32,000 nucleotides of DNA from Candidatus Nanobsidianus stetteri (GCA_000387965.1 APJZ01000003.1:30001-62000), one strand, 5' to 3'; shown: positions 16,777 to 25,089, numbered from the stretch's first letter. Notes: generated by a model not told the origin, from the sequence alone. Program-made: numbers and translations.

Positions 16777-17139
16777 ATGAATGATCCAGAGACACTTAGG
16801 AGATTAAAATATTTAGAAGAGAAAATTTCAATGTTCAATAATATACTGCAAACTATAGATGTAACTACCAGAAGTTCTTTAGATGATTTCAAATTAGAGA
16901 TAGAAAACATTAAGAAAGAAATAAATGATATAAAACAAGAAATAAATGATATAGAAATAAAAATAAAGGCAATAATGGATGAATTATCAAATTTTGCTAC
17001 TACAGATCAATTAAAAATTATAAATTCCATTCTAGACTACATAAATCCATTTGATTTTGTTACTAAGAAGGAACTGGATAAATTAGTAAAAGAAAAAATT
17101 ATGGAATATCTCGATAACCTATATAATCAAAAAGGTTAA
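16777..17139 (+). CDS. Hypothetical coiled-coil protein
   Basis: 120 aa with heptad-rich sequence (IENIKKEINDIKQEINDIEIKIKAIMDEL). It is divergent from the FlaI-like gene across a 38-nt spacer. No family recognised. Confidence 0.55.
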   Translation: MNDPETLRRLKYLEEKISMFNNILQTIDVTTRSSLDDFKLEIENIKKEINDIKQEINDIEIKIKAIMDELSNFATTDQLKIINSILDYINPFDFVTKKELDKLVKEKIMEYLDNLYNQKG

Positions 17140-17171
17140 ATTTATAATATTCAATATTTTTATTAAGAATT

Positions 17172-17876
17172 ATGAGAAGTCTACTCGGTCTATTTAGTAA
17201 GAAAGGTAATAAAGATCAGAGTGACCAACAGAATTTAGACAACCTATTTCAGGACTTTAATAGTCCAATACCACAAAATAATGGACCATTCAATCAATTT
17301 CAGCAGAGTAATAATATTAATCCAATAGCAAATAATTACCAGAATTTTTCTTTTGGTCAAACAAATCAGCAAATGCCATTACAGCAAAATATTTCAAGCC
17401 AATTTAATCAGTCATGGAACTTACCTCCACAACCAACCCCAAGTCCAAGTTTAAATCAATTTCAACCACAACAACAAGTTCAAAGTCAACCGGAATTTGG
17501 ACAAAGTAATTTTTCTATAGATGATAGACTTGAACAATATATAAACAATACAATAAATGATATATTAAAAGATAAATTGAATGAAGTACATGATGAATTA
17601 TCACAAATAAAAATATGGAAAGAGAAAGTAGAATATCTTATTAATAAAATGCAAGAACAAATTGATAAATTAGATAATAAAATAACCGAAATAAATAATT
17701 TAGCAACTAAAAAATTGGAAGAGTATGATAAAGGAATGCAAGAAGCAACAACAGAAATACAAGCATTACATAGATTGATAAGAACAATGATACCCGCAAT
17801 ATCTGAATCTACAAAAGAATTAAGAGAAACAGTAGAGGAATTAAAATCTTTAAGAGATTCAATTAGAAAACCTTAA
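17172..17876 (+). CDS. Hypothetical protein: N-terminal LFSKK motif, about 100-aa Q/N/P-rich low-complexity region, C-terminal coiled coil
   Basis: 234 aa. MRSLLGLFSKKGN.. is followed by NQFQQSNNINPIANNYQNFSFGQTNQQMPLQQN...QPQQQVQSQPEF, then a heptad-rich tail of about 110 aa. Uninterrupted ORF in an AT-rich context. Confidence 0.6.
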   Translation: MRSLLGLFSKKGNKDQSDQQNLDNLFQDFNSPIPQNNGPFNQFQQSNNINPIANNYQNFSFGQTNQQMPLQQNISSQFNQSWNLPPQPTPSPSLNQFQPQQQVQSQPEFGQSNFSIDDRLEQYINNTINDILKDKLNEVHDELSQIKIWKEKVEYLINKMQEQIDKLDNKITEINNLATKKLEEYDKGMQEATTEIQALHRLIRTMIPAISESTKELRETVEELKSLRDSIRKP

Positions 17877-17907
17877 ATTTTTTAATCCTTTTTAATAAAT
17901 TTTATTG

Positions 17908-18303
17908 ATGGATAAAAGGGAAACCATAATAGTAGGGATAATACTATTAATATTATTAGCATTAGGATTTATAATTGCTCCATTGTTATATCCAATAAAT
18001 AATAACCAGAACTTAAATCAGAATCAATTATATCAAATATATCAGATTGCACAATACTGTCAAGATCTATGTATATATGCAAAGTATAATTTATCTATAA
18101 GTAACTTAAGTAATACCTGTCTAGTATCAGAAAATTCTATATTATATCAATCTTGGATCTCTTATCCAAATGCATATAATTGGGGATGTGAAGTATCGGA
18201 TAATAATTTGAATTTGTGCAACAATAGTAATTATATAGTATTGGACGATAATTGTTCTATAATTAATATATATTATCAAAATAGACAATTAAATATAACA
18301 TGA
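17908..18303 (+). CDS. Hypothetical N-terminally anchored, Cys-rich, sequon-rich surface protein
   Basis: About 131 aa from the ATG at 17908 (the track starts at TTG 17905). One N-terminal hydrophobic helix (IIVGIILLILLALGFIIAPLL), 6 Cys and 5 N-x-S/T sequons in the remaining ~100 aa. The stop overlaps the tatD start. Confidence 0.55.
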   Translation: MDKRETIIVGIILLILLALGFIIAPLLYPINNNQNLNQNQLYQIYQIAQYCQDLCIYAKYNLSISNLSNTCLVSENSILYQSWISYPNAYNWGCEVSDNNLNLCNNSNYIVLDDNCSIINIYYQNRQLNIT

Positions 18304-19025
18304 GATATATTGATTCTCATTGTCATTTATATAAATTCAATGAGATAGAAATTAAAAGAATAATAAAAAATAAAGATATAACAATATTATCAGTCTCTGA
18401 AGATTTAGAGTCCTCATTAAAAAATTTGATTTTATCTCAATTAAACGAAAATGTAATACCAGCTATAGGAATTCATCCATGGAATATAGAAAAAGTAAAT
18501 GAAAATACATTTAAAATAATAGAAGATATAATAAAGGATAATAAAATAAAAATACTTGGAGAAATTGGGTTAGATAAAAAATTTAAACCAGAAACATTTG
18601 AAAAACAGAAAGAGATTTTTGAAAGGTTCTTAAATTTAGCAAAGGAATATGATCTAAATCTAAATCTTCATACTCCAAATGCTTCAAATGACGTATATGA
18701 TCTTTTAATAAAGTATGATATTAAAAAAGCATATTTTCATTGGTATAGTGGAGATGAAAAATTACTAGAAGAGATAATTGATAAAGGATATTTTATAGGA
18801 ATAAATGTTGCAACAATAGTAAATGAAAAATATAGAAAATATATAGAGATTACAAATATAAAAAATATAATAACAGAATCGGATGGTCCATATAATTATA
18901 AAGGTGTTATACTTCATCCAGATATGTTAAAAGATCTTTATAAATTAATTTCTGATATAAGAAAAATAGATCTAGAAGAACTATCAAATATTATACAAAA
19001 CAATTTTGCTAGGTTTATATATTAA
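18300..19025 (+). CDS. tatD: TatD-family metal-dependent hydrolase/DNase
   Basis: 241 aa. MRYIDSHCHL start, GIHPW, GEIGLD and ..TESDGPY motifs. Confidence 0.85.
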   Translation: MRYIDSHCHLYKFNEIEIKRIIKNKDITILSVSEDLESSLKNLILSQLNENVIPAIGIHPWNIEKVNENTFKIIEDIIKDNKIKILGEIGLDKKFKPETFEKQKEIFERFLNLAKEYDLNLNLHTPNASNDVYDLLIKYDIKKAYFHWYSGDEKLLEEIIDKGYFIGINVATIVNEKYRKYIEITNIKNIITESDGPYNYKGVILHPDMLKDLYKLISDIRKIDLEELSNIIQNNFARFIY

Positions 19026-19032
19026 CATTTTG

Positions 19033-19123
19033 TTAACATGATTTAACATGAAGTTAATATTTATAAATTTTAGGATAGATATTCATTAACGTTATATTAA
19101 ATATGATTAACATGACGTTAATC
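19033..19123. promoter_or_regulatory. Array of TTAAC/GTTAA palindromes (candidate operator sites) upstream of tfe
   Basis: TTAACATGA occurs three times (19033, 19043, 19107). Palindromes: TTAAC-ATGAA-GTTAA (19043-19057), TAACGTTA (19087-19094) and a perfect GATTAAC-ATGAC-GTTAATC (19105-19123). TTTATAAA octamers lie at 19060-19067 and 19131-19138. Confidence 0.5.
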
Positions 19124-19137
19124 AATAATGTTTATAA

Positions 19138-19677
19138 ATGTCAAAAAACCTTATAGGTATTATGAGCTACTTGCTCAATGAAAACTATTTAAAAATATTA
19201 GAATATATAGCGGATAAAAAGGAATTTACAGAAAAAGAAATAAAGAGACAATTAAAGATAAAGGAAGAAGAAATTAGGAAACTATTATATATATTAGAAG
19301 AAAATAATATAGTATATCCAATAAGCATAATAAATAATAATGGAAAATTTGATTTTAGATGGGGAAATAGAATACAAGATAAAGAAAAATTATTTAGCTT
19401 ATTAATTAATAAAGAAATTAATAGAATTAATGAAGAAATTAAAAATACACCAAAAACATTATATTATTGTAATGAATGCGGAAGTGCATATAACTTTGAT
19501 GAAGCATATGAAAATGATTTTATATGTAAAGAATGCGGATCATTATTGACCGAAAAGGAAAATTTTAGAATAATAGAGTTAGAAAATATAATACATAACT
19601 TACAAATATTATTAGATAAATATTCTTCAAAGGTTGCAAAGAAAGAAAAAGCATCAAGGGCAAAGGGTAAAAAATAA
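19138..19677 (+). CDS. tfe: Transcription factor E (TFE alpha)
   Basis: 179 aa. N-terminal winged-helix region (ILEYIADKKEFTEKEI..LLYILEENNIV) and zinc ribbon (YYCNECGSAY..FICKECGSLL). The in-frame ATG at 19162 lies about 27 nt from the TTTATAAA at 19131-19138 and may be the true leaderless start. Confidence 0.8.
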   Translation: MSKNLIGIMSYLLNENYLKILEYIADKKEFTEKEIKRQLKIKEEEIRKLLYILEENNIVYPISIINNNGKFDFRWGNRIQDKEKLFSLLINKEINRINEEIKNTPKTLYYCNECGSAYNFDEAYENDFICKECGSLLTEKENFRIIELENIIHNLQILLDKYSSKVAKKEKASRAKGKK

Positions 19678-19707
19678 TCTTTTATTTTTTATTTAAATTT
19701 ATATTTA

Positions 19708-20859
19708 ATGATATTTAAGGTTAAGATATATGATTTAACTGAAATATTTAAAGAAACAAAATCAAAACTAGTTAAAACAAATATAGATAATGGAGCAAAA
19801 GTATATGGAATAAAACTTGATAAAATGAAAGGAATGATTGGGTTTGAAATATTACCAAATAGAAGAATAGGAACTGAATTTTCTGATATTGCAAAAAGAT
19901 TTGGATTAAAGGGAATATTGCATTCGGATGAGTTACCAAACTATGGAATATCTGAAGAGGAAGTTAAAAATGTTAAAAGAATGTTAAACTGTTCGGATGA
20001 TGATGCTTTTATATTATTAATATCAAAAGATTATGAAGTAACAAAGAAGGTTTTTAGTTTAATAATAAATAGAATAAATGAATCAATTAAAAGAATACCA
20101 AAAGATACTAGACAAGCAAATGAAGATGGTACTACATCTTTTTTAAGACCACAGCCAGGTTCCGAAAGAATGTATCCCGAAACAGATCATCCCTATATAT
20201 ATATTAATAAAGATATAATTGAAAATAATGAGTACAATATAATAAGATATTATATAAATTATGGAGATATTAAAGAAACATTTGATATATACTATTTAAA
20301 AAAATTTGACAGAGATTTATATATTAAATTGTTAAATGAAGGTAAAACAATATTAAATTCTATTGATCCAGAATTTATTAAACAAATATTAAAATCTTTT
20401 GGATATAATGATAAACAAATTGAAAACATAATATGGAGTGAATATATATATGATATAATAAAAATATCTTTTGATTTAGATCCAAATACTGTATATTATT
20501 TATTCTTTCAAATGATTGGAGATACTGAAAATTTATTTAAAGAAAAAATAGAAAAATTTGATTTAGATTTTATATATAAAATAAAAGATTATTTAAAAGA
20601 TAAAAAGATTGTAAAAAATGCAATTCCAATAATATATTATCATTATGTTAAATATAATAAAGATATTGAAGATATAATAAGAGAAAATAACTTATATAAA
20701 AGAAATAGAGAAGAATTAAAGAAAGAAATTGAAGAATATTTAAAATCGATAAATACTAATGATAAAAAAGTTATTTTTTCAAATGTATTTAGTAAATTTA
20801 AATATGTGGCAGATAGTGAAGATATAAAAAGAGTATTGGAAGAAATATTAAACATATAA
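19708..20859 (+). CDS. gatE: Glu-tRNA(Gln) amidotransferase subunit E (GatE), C-terminal portion only
   Basis: 383 aa beginning in the AspRS-like insertion domain (..RRIGTEFSDIAKRFGLKGILHSDELPNYGISEEEV..). It continues through ..DGTTSFLRPQPGSERMYPETDHP and a helical tail. The N-terminal cradle segment (GLEIHQQL-type) is absent. Confidence 0.65.
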   Translation: MIFKVKIYDLTEIFKETKSKLVKTNIDNGAKVYGIKLDKMKGMIGFEILPNRRIGTEFSDIAKRFGLKGILHSDELPNYGISEEEVKNVKRMLNCSDDDAFILLISKDYEVTKKVFSLIINRINESIKRIPKDTRQANEDGTTSFLRPQPGSERMYPETDHPYIYINKDIIENNEYNIIRYYINYGDIKETFDIYYLKKFDRDLYIKLLNEGKTILNSIDPEFIKQILKSFGYNDKQIENIIWSEYIYDIIKISFDLDPNTVYYLFFQMIGDTENLFKEKIEKFDLDFIYKIKDYLKDKKIVKNAIPIIYYHYVKYNKDIEDIIRENNLYKRNREELKKEIEEYLKSINTNDKKVIFSNVFSKFKYVADSEDIKRVLEEILNI

Positions 20860-20881
20860 AATTTTTATATATTAAATTTTT

Positions 20882-21289
20882 ATGGAGGAATGCATATTTT
20901 GTAAAATAATAAATAAAGAAATACCATCATATATATTATATGAAGATGAATATTCTATAGCATTTCTAGATATAAATCCAATAAATAAAGGACATACATT
21001 ATTTGTACCAAAAAAGCATTTTGAAAGAATATCAAATATTGATGATGAATATATAAAGAACTTCTATGTTAGTTTTACAAAGTTCCTAAAATTATTTGAA
21101 GAAAGAATGTCAAAGGATTATAATATAATAGTAAATAATGGAAAAAAAGCAGGGCAAGCAGTATTTCATGCACATATACATATAATACCACAATATAATG
21201 AAAATGGATATAAAAATATATTTAATTGGAATACGCACAAATTATCAAAAGAAGAGGCTGAAGAAATAATAAAAAAATTTACTTCTTAG
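20882..21289 (+). CDS. HIT-family (HinT-like) nucleotide hydrolase
   Basis: 135 aa. CIFCKII N-terminus and histidine triad HAHIHIIP. Confidence 0.88.
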   Translation: MEECIFCKIINKEIPSYILYEDEYSIAFLDINPINKGHTLFVPKKHFERISNIDDEYIKNFYVSFTKFLKLFEERMSKDYNIIVNNGKKAGQAVFHAHIHIIPQYNENGYKNIFNWNTHKLSKEEAEEIIKKFTS

Positions 21290-21978
21290 ACTTCTTTATA
21301 TTCAATAATTCCATCATTTACTATTTTAAATTTTATAGATATCCCTTCTGGTAAATATCTATGCTTTCTTAATATTGCCTCTCTAACACCATTATCTAAA
21401 ATTCTTAATTCAACCAAACACTTTGACCAATATTTTATTAAATCACCCCCAACAATTCCGATTGTATCCCTATTATCAAATAATGAATATACCTGATTTA
21501 TAACTAGAACTGGTATATTATATTTCCTAGAAATTTCTGAAAATATTTGTAATTGTTTTGCAAGTTCTATATTTACTTCATTTACATTGCTATCGCCTCT
21601 TTCCAATCTATATAACATTGATATAGAATCTACAACAATTAATCCGATATCATTAGAATTCTTTTTTACATAATCATATGTTAAATATATTGCCTTTTTT
21701 TGTTCAGAAAAATTTACTGGCTTATATAATAATATATTTTTCATTGCGTTCTCAAAATCTTCTTTTGCAATTTGTTTTAATCTTTCAAGGGAAAAACCAC
21801 CTTCAGTATCTATATATATTACCTTTTTTCCAAATCTAGAAACATTATAAGAAGTTATTATTGCAATATTTGTTTTTCCAGATGCAGAGGGACCATAAAA
21901 TGATGTAATAATATCTGTTTCAATACCTCCATCTAATAATTTATCTATGGGATATATTCCAGTAGAAATTTTACTCAT
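21286..21978 (-). CDS. radB: RadB-type RecA/RadA paralog
   Basis: 230 aa. GIYPIDKLLDGGIETDIITSFYGPSASGKTN (Walker A) and ..LIVVDSI (Walker B). No N-terminal HhH domain, so RadB rather than RadA. Confidence 0.75.
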   Translation of the reverse strand: MSKISTGIYPIDKLLDGGIETDIITSFYGPSASGKTNIAIITSYNVSRFGKKVIYIDTEGGFSLERLKQIAKEDFENAMKNILLYKPVNFSEQKKAIYLTYDYVKKNSNDIGLIVVDSISMLYRLERGDSNVNEVNIELAKQLQIFSEISRKYNIPVLVINQVYSLFDNRDTIGIVGGDLIKYWSKCLVELRILDNGVREAILRKHRYLPEGISIKFKIVNDGIIEYKEV

Positions 21979-22012
21979 ATAAAAATTTTTTTATTATTTT
22001 TTAAAAATATAA

Positions 22013-23293
22013 CTAATACTTAATTTCAATTTCTTTTTCCCCTATCTTAATATATAGATATTTAACTTTTTTCCTAATACTATTTTTATAATTGTTTATT
22101 ATAAATTCTAATGCTTTATATATATCATTTATTTTTCTCTTTGTAACTGCATATATTTTTCCATTTCTAATTATTAATTCCTCATCCTTATGCTTTTCAT
22201 AAAATCTATTATAATCTTTTTCTTCCCATAATAATGGACCCTCTCTTATTTCATATTCTGGTAATTTATCTGGATAATATAATACATAACCATATAAATA
22301 ATTTTCATCGAAAAAATAATAGTAATTGAAAATTTTGAATCCAATATTATTTATCCATTTTTTAATATTATTAAATAATGATAAAGCTTTGCTATTTTTT
22401 ATATCTTTATTATTCGAATCTCCCTCAATTTTTAAATATATCATATTTACATTATATTTTTCAGCCAATCTTTTTATTTCATCATAATCCATATATATTT
22501 TATTAAAGAAGAATTTTTCTTTATCCTCAGATAATAAAAATATCTTAGAATAATATATAAATTCTGAAAATTTTTGTAAAGAAACTGAAGCTGCAACATT
22601 TCTATATTTATCAGTTGGATCAATTATTATTATTGGAGATTTTATTTTATCTTTAGATAAATTTTTCTTTATCTCGTTATAGTTTTTATAATATTTTTCT
22701 AAATCTATTATTACTTTTGGTCTCCAATTAGATACATTTTTTATTGTATTTTCAAAAGATCCATAATTTATTAATATTAATTCTATTGCATATCCAGAAA
22801 ATCCTCTAACATAAGATTCAGCTCCATAAACATTTATATTTTTTGTAAATAATTTTAGTAATCTAACTTCATCCTTCATTTTCTCATTTAATTTACTTAT
22901 TACATATTTAACATGAAATGGTGATAAATCTGTAGTATTTTTAGCTTCCTTTATATCATTTATCTTTAATATTGGGACTAATTCGAATATTAAACCTTTA
23001 TAACTTACTTTAAAATAATCTCTAGAACCCCTTATCCTTATATAATCCAAATTCTCTTTCTTTAATACATTTTCAACAATATTAGATATATTTTTATCAT
23101 CCTTAAATAATAAGAAAGTATCTACATCAAAATCATTTTTTATCCATGTATCCTTTGCAAAGGATCCTCCTAAAAAGGGTTCTAAATTATTTGATCTTAA
23201 TATATCAAAAAATTCATTTATTATATTATATACTTTCTTTTTTTCTTCTTCAGATGGTTTTATTTTAGATAATATTTTATTATAATCTATCAT
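22013..23293 (-). CDS. cca: Archaeal class I CCA-adding enzyme (tRNA nucleotidyltransferase)
   Basis: 426 aa. LGGSFAKDTWIKNDFDVDTFLLF is the nucleotidyltransferase G[SG]..D.D motif in archaeal CCA context. 4-nt overlap with aRF1. Confidence 0.8.
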   Translation of the reverse strand: MIDYNKILSKIKPSEEEKKKVYNIINEFFDILRSNNLEPFLGGSFAKDTWIKNDFDVDTFLLFKDDKNISNIVENVLKKENLDYIRIRGSRDYFKVSYKGLIFELVPILKINDIKEAKNTTDLSPFHVKYVISKLNEKMKDEVRLLKLFTKNINVYGAESYVRGFSGYAIELILINYGSFENTIKNVSNWRPKVIIDLEKYYKNYNEIKKNLSKDKIKSPIIIIDPTDKYRNVAASVSLQKFSEFIYYSKIFLLSEDKEKFFFNKIYMDYDEIKRLAEKYNVNMIYLKIEGDSNNKDIKNSKALSLFNNIKKWINNIGFKIFNYYYFFDENYLYGYVLYYPDKLPEYEIREGPLLWEEKDYNRFYEKHKDEELIIRNGKIYAVTKRKINDIYKALEFIINNYKNSIRKKVKYLYIKIGEKEIEIKY

Positions 23294-24372
23294 ATTTTAA
23301 ATCTTAATATTGCACCTATTTTAAAGTTTGAAAATTGTTCCCCTTCAGGATGGTTTTTTGATATTATTTCAACTTTTGCATTTGTTTGTTTTATTAAATC
23401 CATTAATTCTTTAATTTTATCTTTATAATCTTCAGATATTAATATTGTATCTACTGCACCAATTTCTAATGCTTTTTTTACATCATCAAATCCATAAACT
23501 ACAAGACCTGTACCTTTTCCAAGATGTTCAAAAAATAATTTTACTAATTCTATTTCTCTTACATATTCTGTTTTTTCTAATACATCTTTTGCCCTTTCCA
23601 ATAATTCTTTTAATCCATATTCATTTGAATATGCTGTATCATATACACCTAGAACTTTTTGTTTAAGATGATATGGTAAATAATCCCCATTAACAAATTG
23701 TTCTTTAAGTAATCCAGGTCCTCCAACCAAAATACCAACCAACTTATCTAAATCTTTTTCAAAATAGTTTCTAACTTCATCTGCTAAATATTTTAACCAT
23801 AAATGAACATCTTGTTCTATTAGCCTTTGAAATCTTACAGAAGATTGTCCTCCCGCTCTTATTTTACCAGGAACCCATGATTGTTTATTTTCTAATATTA
23901 TTAGTTGATTACCTTTTAATACTCCTATAGAAGCTTCTCCCCTATCTAAAACAATCAATCCATATATTTGTTTTGGTAATATTAGTTCTTTTAACGGATC
24001 TAATACAAATCTAGAATCACATCTATATAATCTAATATTTAATTTGTCTGGAGGTTCTATCGCCCATAACCTAATATCGACATCTCCAGGCTTATTTGAA
24101 ATATTTCCACAGAATATTACTAAACCCCTCTCAGGAAGTTTTTTTAATCCTTTTAGATAATTTATAATTTTTGCCAATGCATCCATTACATGTTGTCTGG
24201 TATTTTTATCCTTAATGTTTTGTGCAGTTGAATATTCATAACTTAAATGATCTAGAACTTTGGCTAAATCATATCCAGCTGGTATATAGTATGAAATTAG
24301 TTCTGTGGCTCTACCATTATAATTACTTAATTCTTCTATTAACATTTGTAATTCAAGTTCTTCAACATCCAT
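23290..24372 (-). CDS. prf1: Peptide chain release factor aRF1
   Basis: 360 aa. GGQ motif (KIRAGGQSSVRFQRL). The NIKS-position motif reads NIKD (TAQNIKDKNTRQ). Confidence 0.88.
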   Translation of the reverse strand: MDVEELELQMLIEELSNYNGRATELISYYIPAGYDLAKVLDHLSYEYSTAQNIKDKNTRQHVMDALAKIINYLKGLKKLPERGLVIFCGNISNKPGDVDIRLWAIEPPDKLNIRLYRCDSRFVLDPLKELILPKQIYGLIVLDRGEASIGVLKGNQLIILENKQSWVPGKIRAGGQSSVRFQRLIEQDVHLWLKYLADEVRNYFEKDLDKLVGILVGGPGLLKEQFVNGDYLPYHLKQKVLGVYDTAYSNEYGLKELLERAKDVLEKTEYVREIELVKLFFEHLGKGTGLVVYGFDDVKKALEIGAVDTILISEDYKDKIKELMDLIKQTNAKVEIISKNHPEGEQFSNFKIGAILRFKI

Positions 24373-24396
24373 TATATAGAAAATTATGAATAATTT

Positions 24397-25089
24397 TTAA
24401 ATACCAATGTATTCTCTTATATATTTCATATCATAATCTAAGTCCAATTTTTTTGATATGTTTAATATATTGTTTAAATCTCTATTAAGAAATTCTTCAG
24501 AATATGGAGAATCAGTTGGTATCGATTGAGATACATCTATTATATATGGAACATTATTAAATATAATTATATTATATTCTGAAAAATCTCCATGAATTAA
24601 TTTAGCTTTATTATATATTTTTTTATATTGATCCAATATATCAAAAAATAATCCTTCCTTATTTTCAATTGAATCATAACTATCATGTAATAATAATGGC
24701 CCTTTTTCATAACCTACATATTCCATTACTAATATATTTCCCTTATATAAGTATGGAATTGGAACTCTTACCAAATTTTTATACATTTTTCTTAAATTCA
24801 TATATTCTTTTTTTACCCATGTATATATTATTCCAATCTTTGTTCTTGGAAATTTATATATTCTTGGATCTGCCTTTAAATAATTTACCTGTTCTTTATA
24901 ACTTATTGACATTATTTTATATATCTTTATTGCAAATTTTCCAGATCTTACAACAATTGCTTCTTTACCTTCAGATATTAATGTTAAATCATCTTCAATA
25001 TAATGATCTTTATACAATTTATCTAAATAGTATAATGTATTTTTATCAAATACCTTTCCATATACCTTCCATATTTCCCTATATTTCAT
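24397..25089 (-). CDS. rio1: RIO-type serine protein kinase (Rio1-like, no wHTH)
   Basis: 230 aa. ISEGKEAIVV, AIKIYK, catalytic LIHGDFSEYNIII and metal-binding IIDVSQS. Confidence 0.85.
   Translation of the reverse strand: MKYREIWKVYGKVFDKNTLYYLDKLYKDHYIEDDLTLISEGKEAIVVRSGKFAIKIYKIMSISYKEQVNYLKADPRIYKFPRTKIGIIYTWVKKEYMNLRKMYKNLVRVPIPYLYKGNILVMEYVGYEKGPLLLHDSYDSIENKEGLFFDILDQYKKIYNKAKLIHGDFSEYNIIIFNNVPYIIDVSQSIPTDSPYSEEFLNRDLNNILNISKKLDLDYDMKYIREYIGI

Noticed and set aside
16918-16953. 21-nt tandem duplication GAAATAAATGATATA..GAAATAAATGATATA
   Set aside because: It lies in frame within the coiled-coil ORF and encodes a repeated heptad block (EINDIKQ/EINDIE). It is an ordinary coiled-coil repeat, not a regulatory or CRISPR-like repeat.
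17172-17230. N-terminal M..LFSKK / ..LFGKR motifs (also at 26192-26230 on the minus strand) resemble the M..LFGK N-termini of ESCRT-III/CHMP proteins
   Set aside because: In ESCRT-III the motif leads straight into the helical hairpin core. Here it is followed by about 100 aa of disordered Q/N/P sequence, and the helical parts are too short or generic. The resemblance is probably just a shared amphipathic basic membrane-binding peptide.
17908-17990. Possible class III (type IV pilin-like) signal peptide on the Cys-rich protein
   Set aside because: The charged segment reads DKRE-T with no Gly/Ala/Ser at the expected -1 cleavage position before the hydrophobic helix. I therefore treat it as an N-terminal anchor, not a demonstrated pilin.
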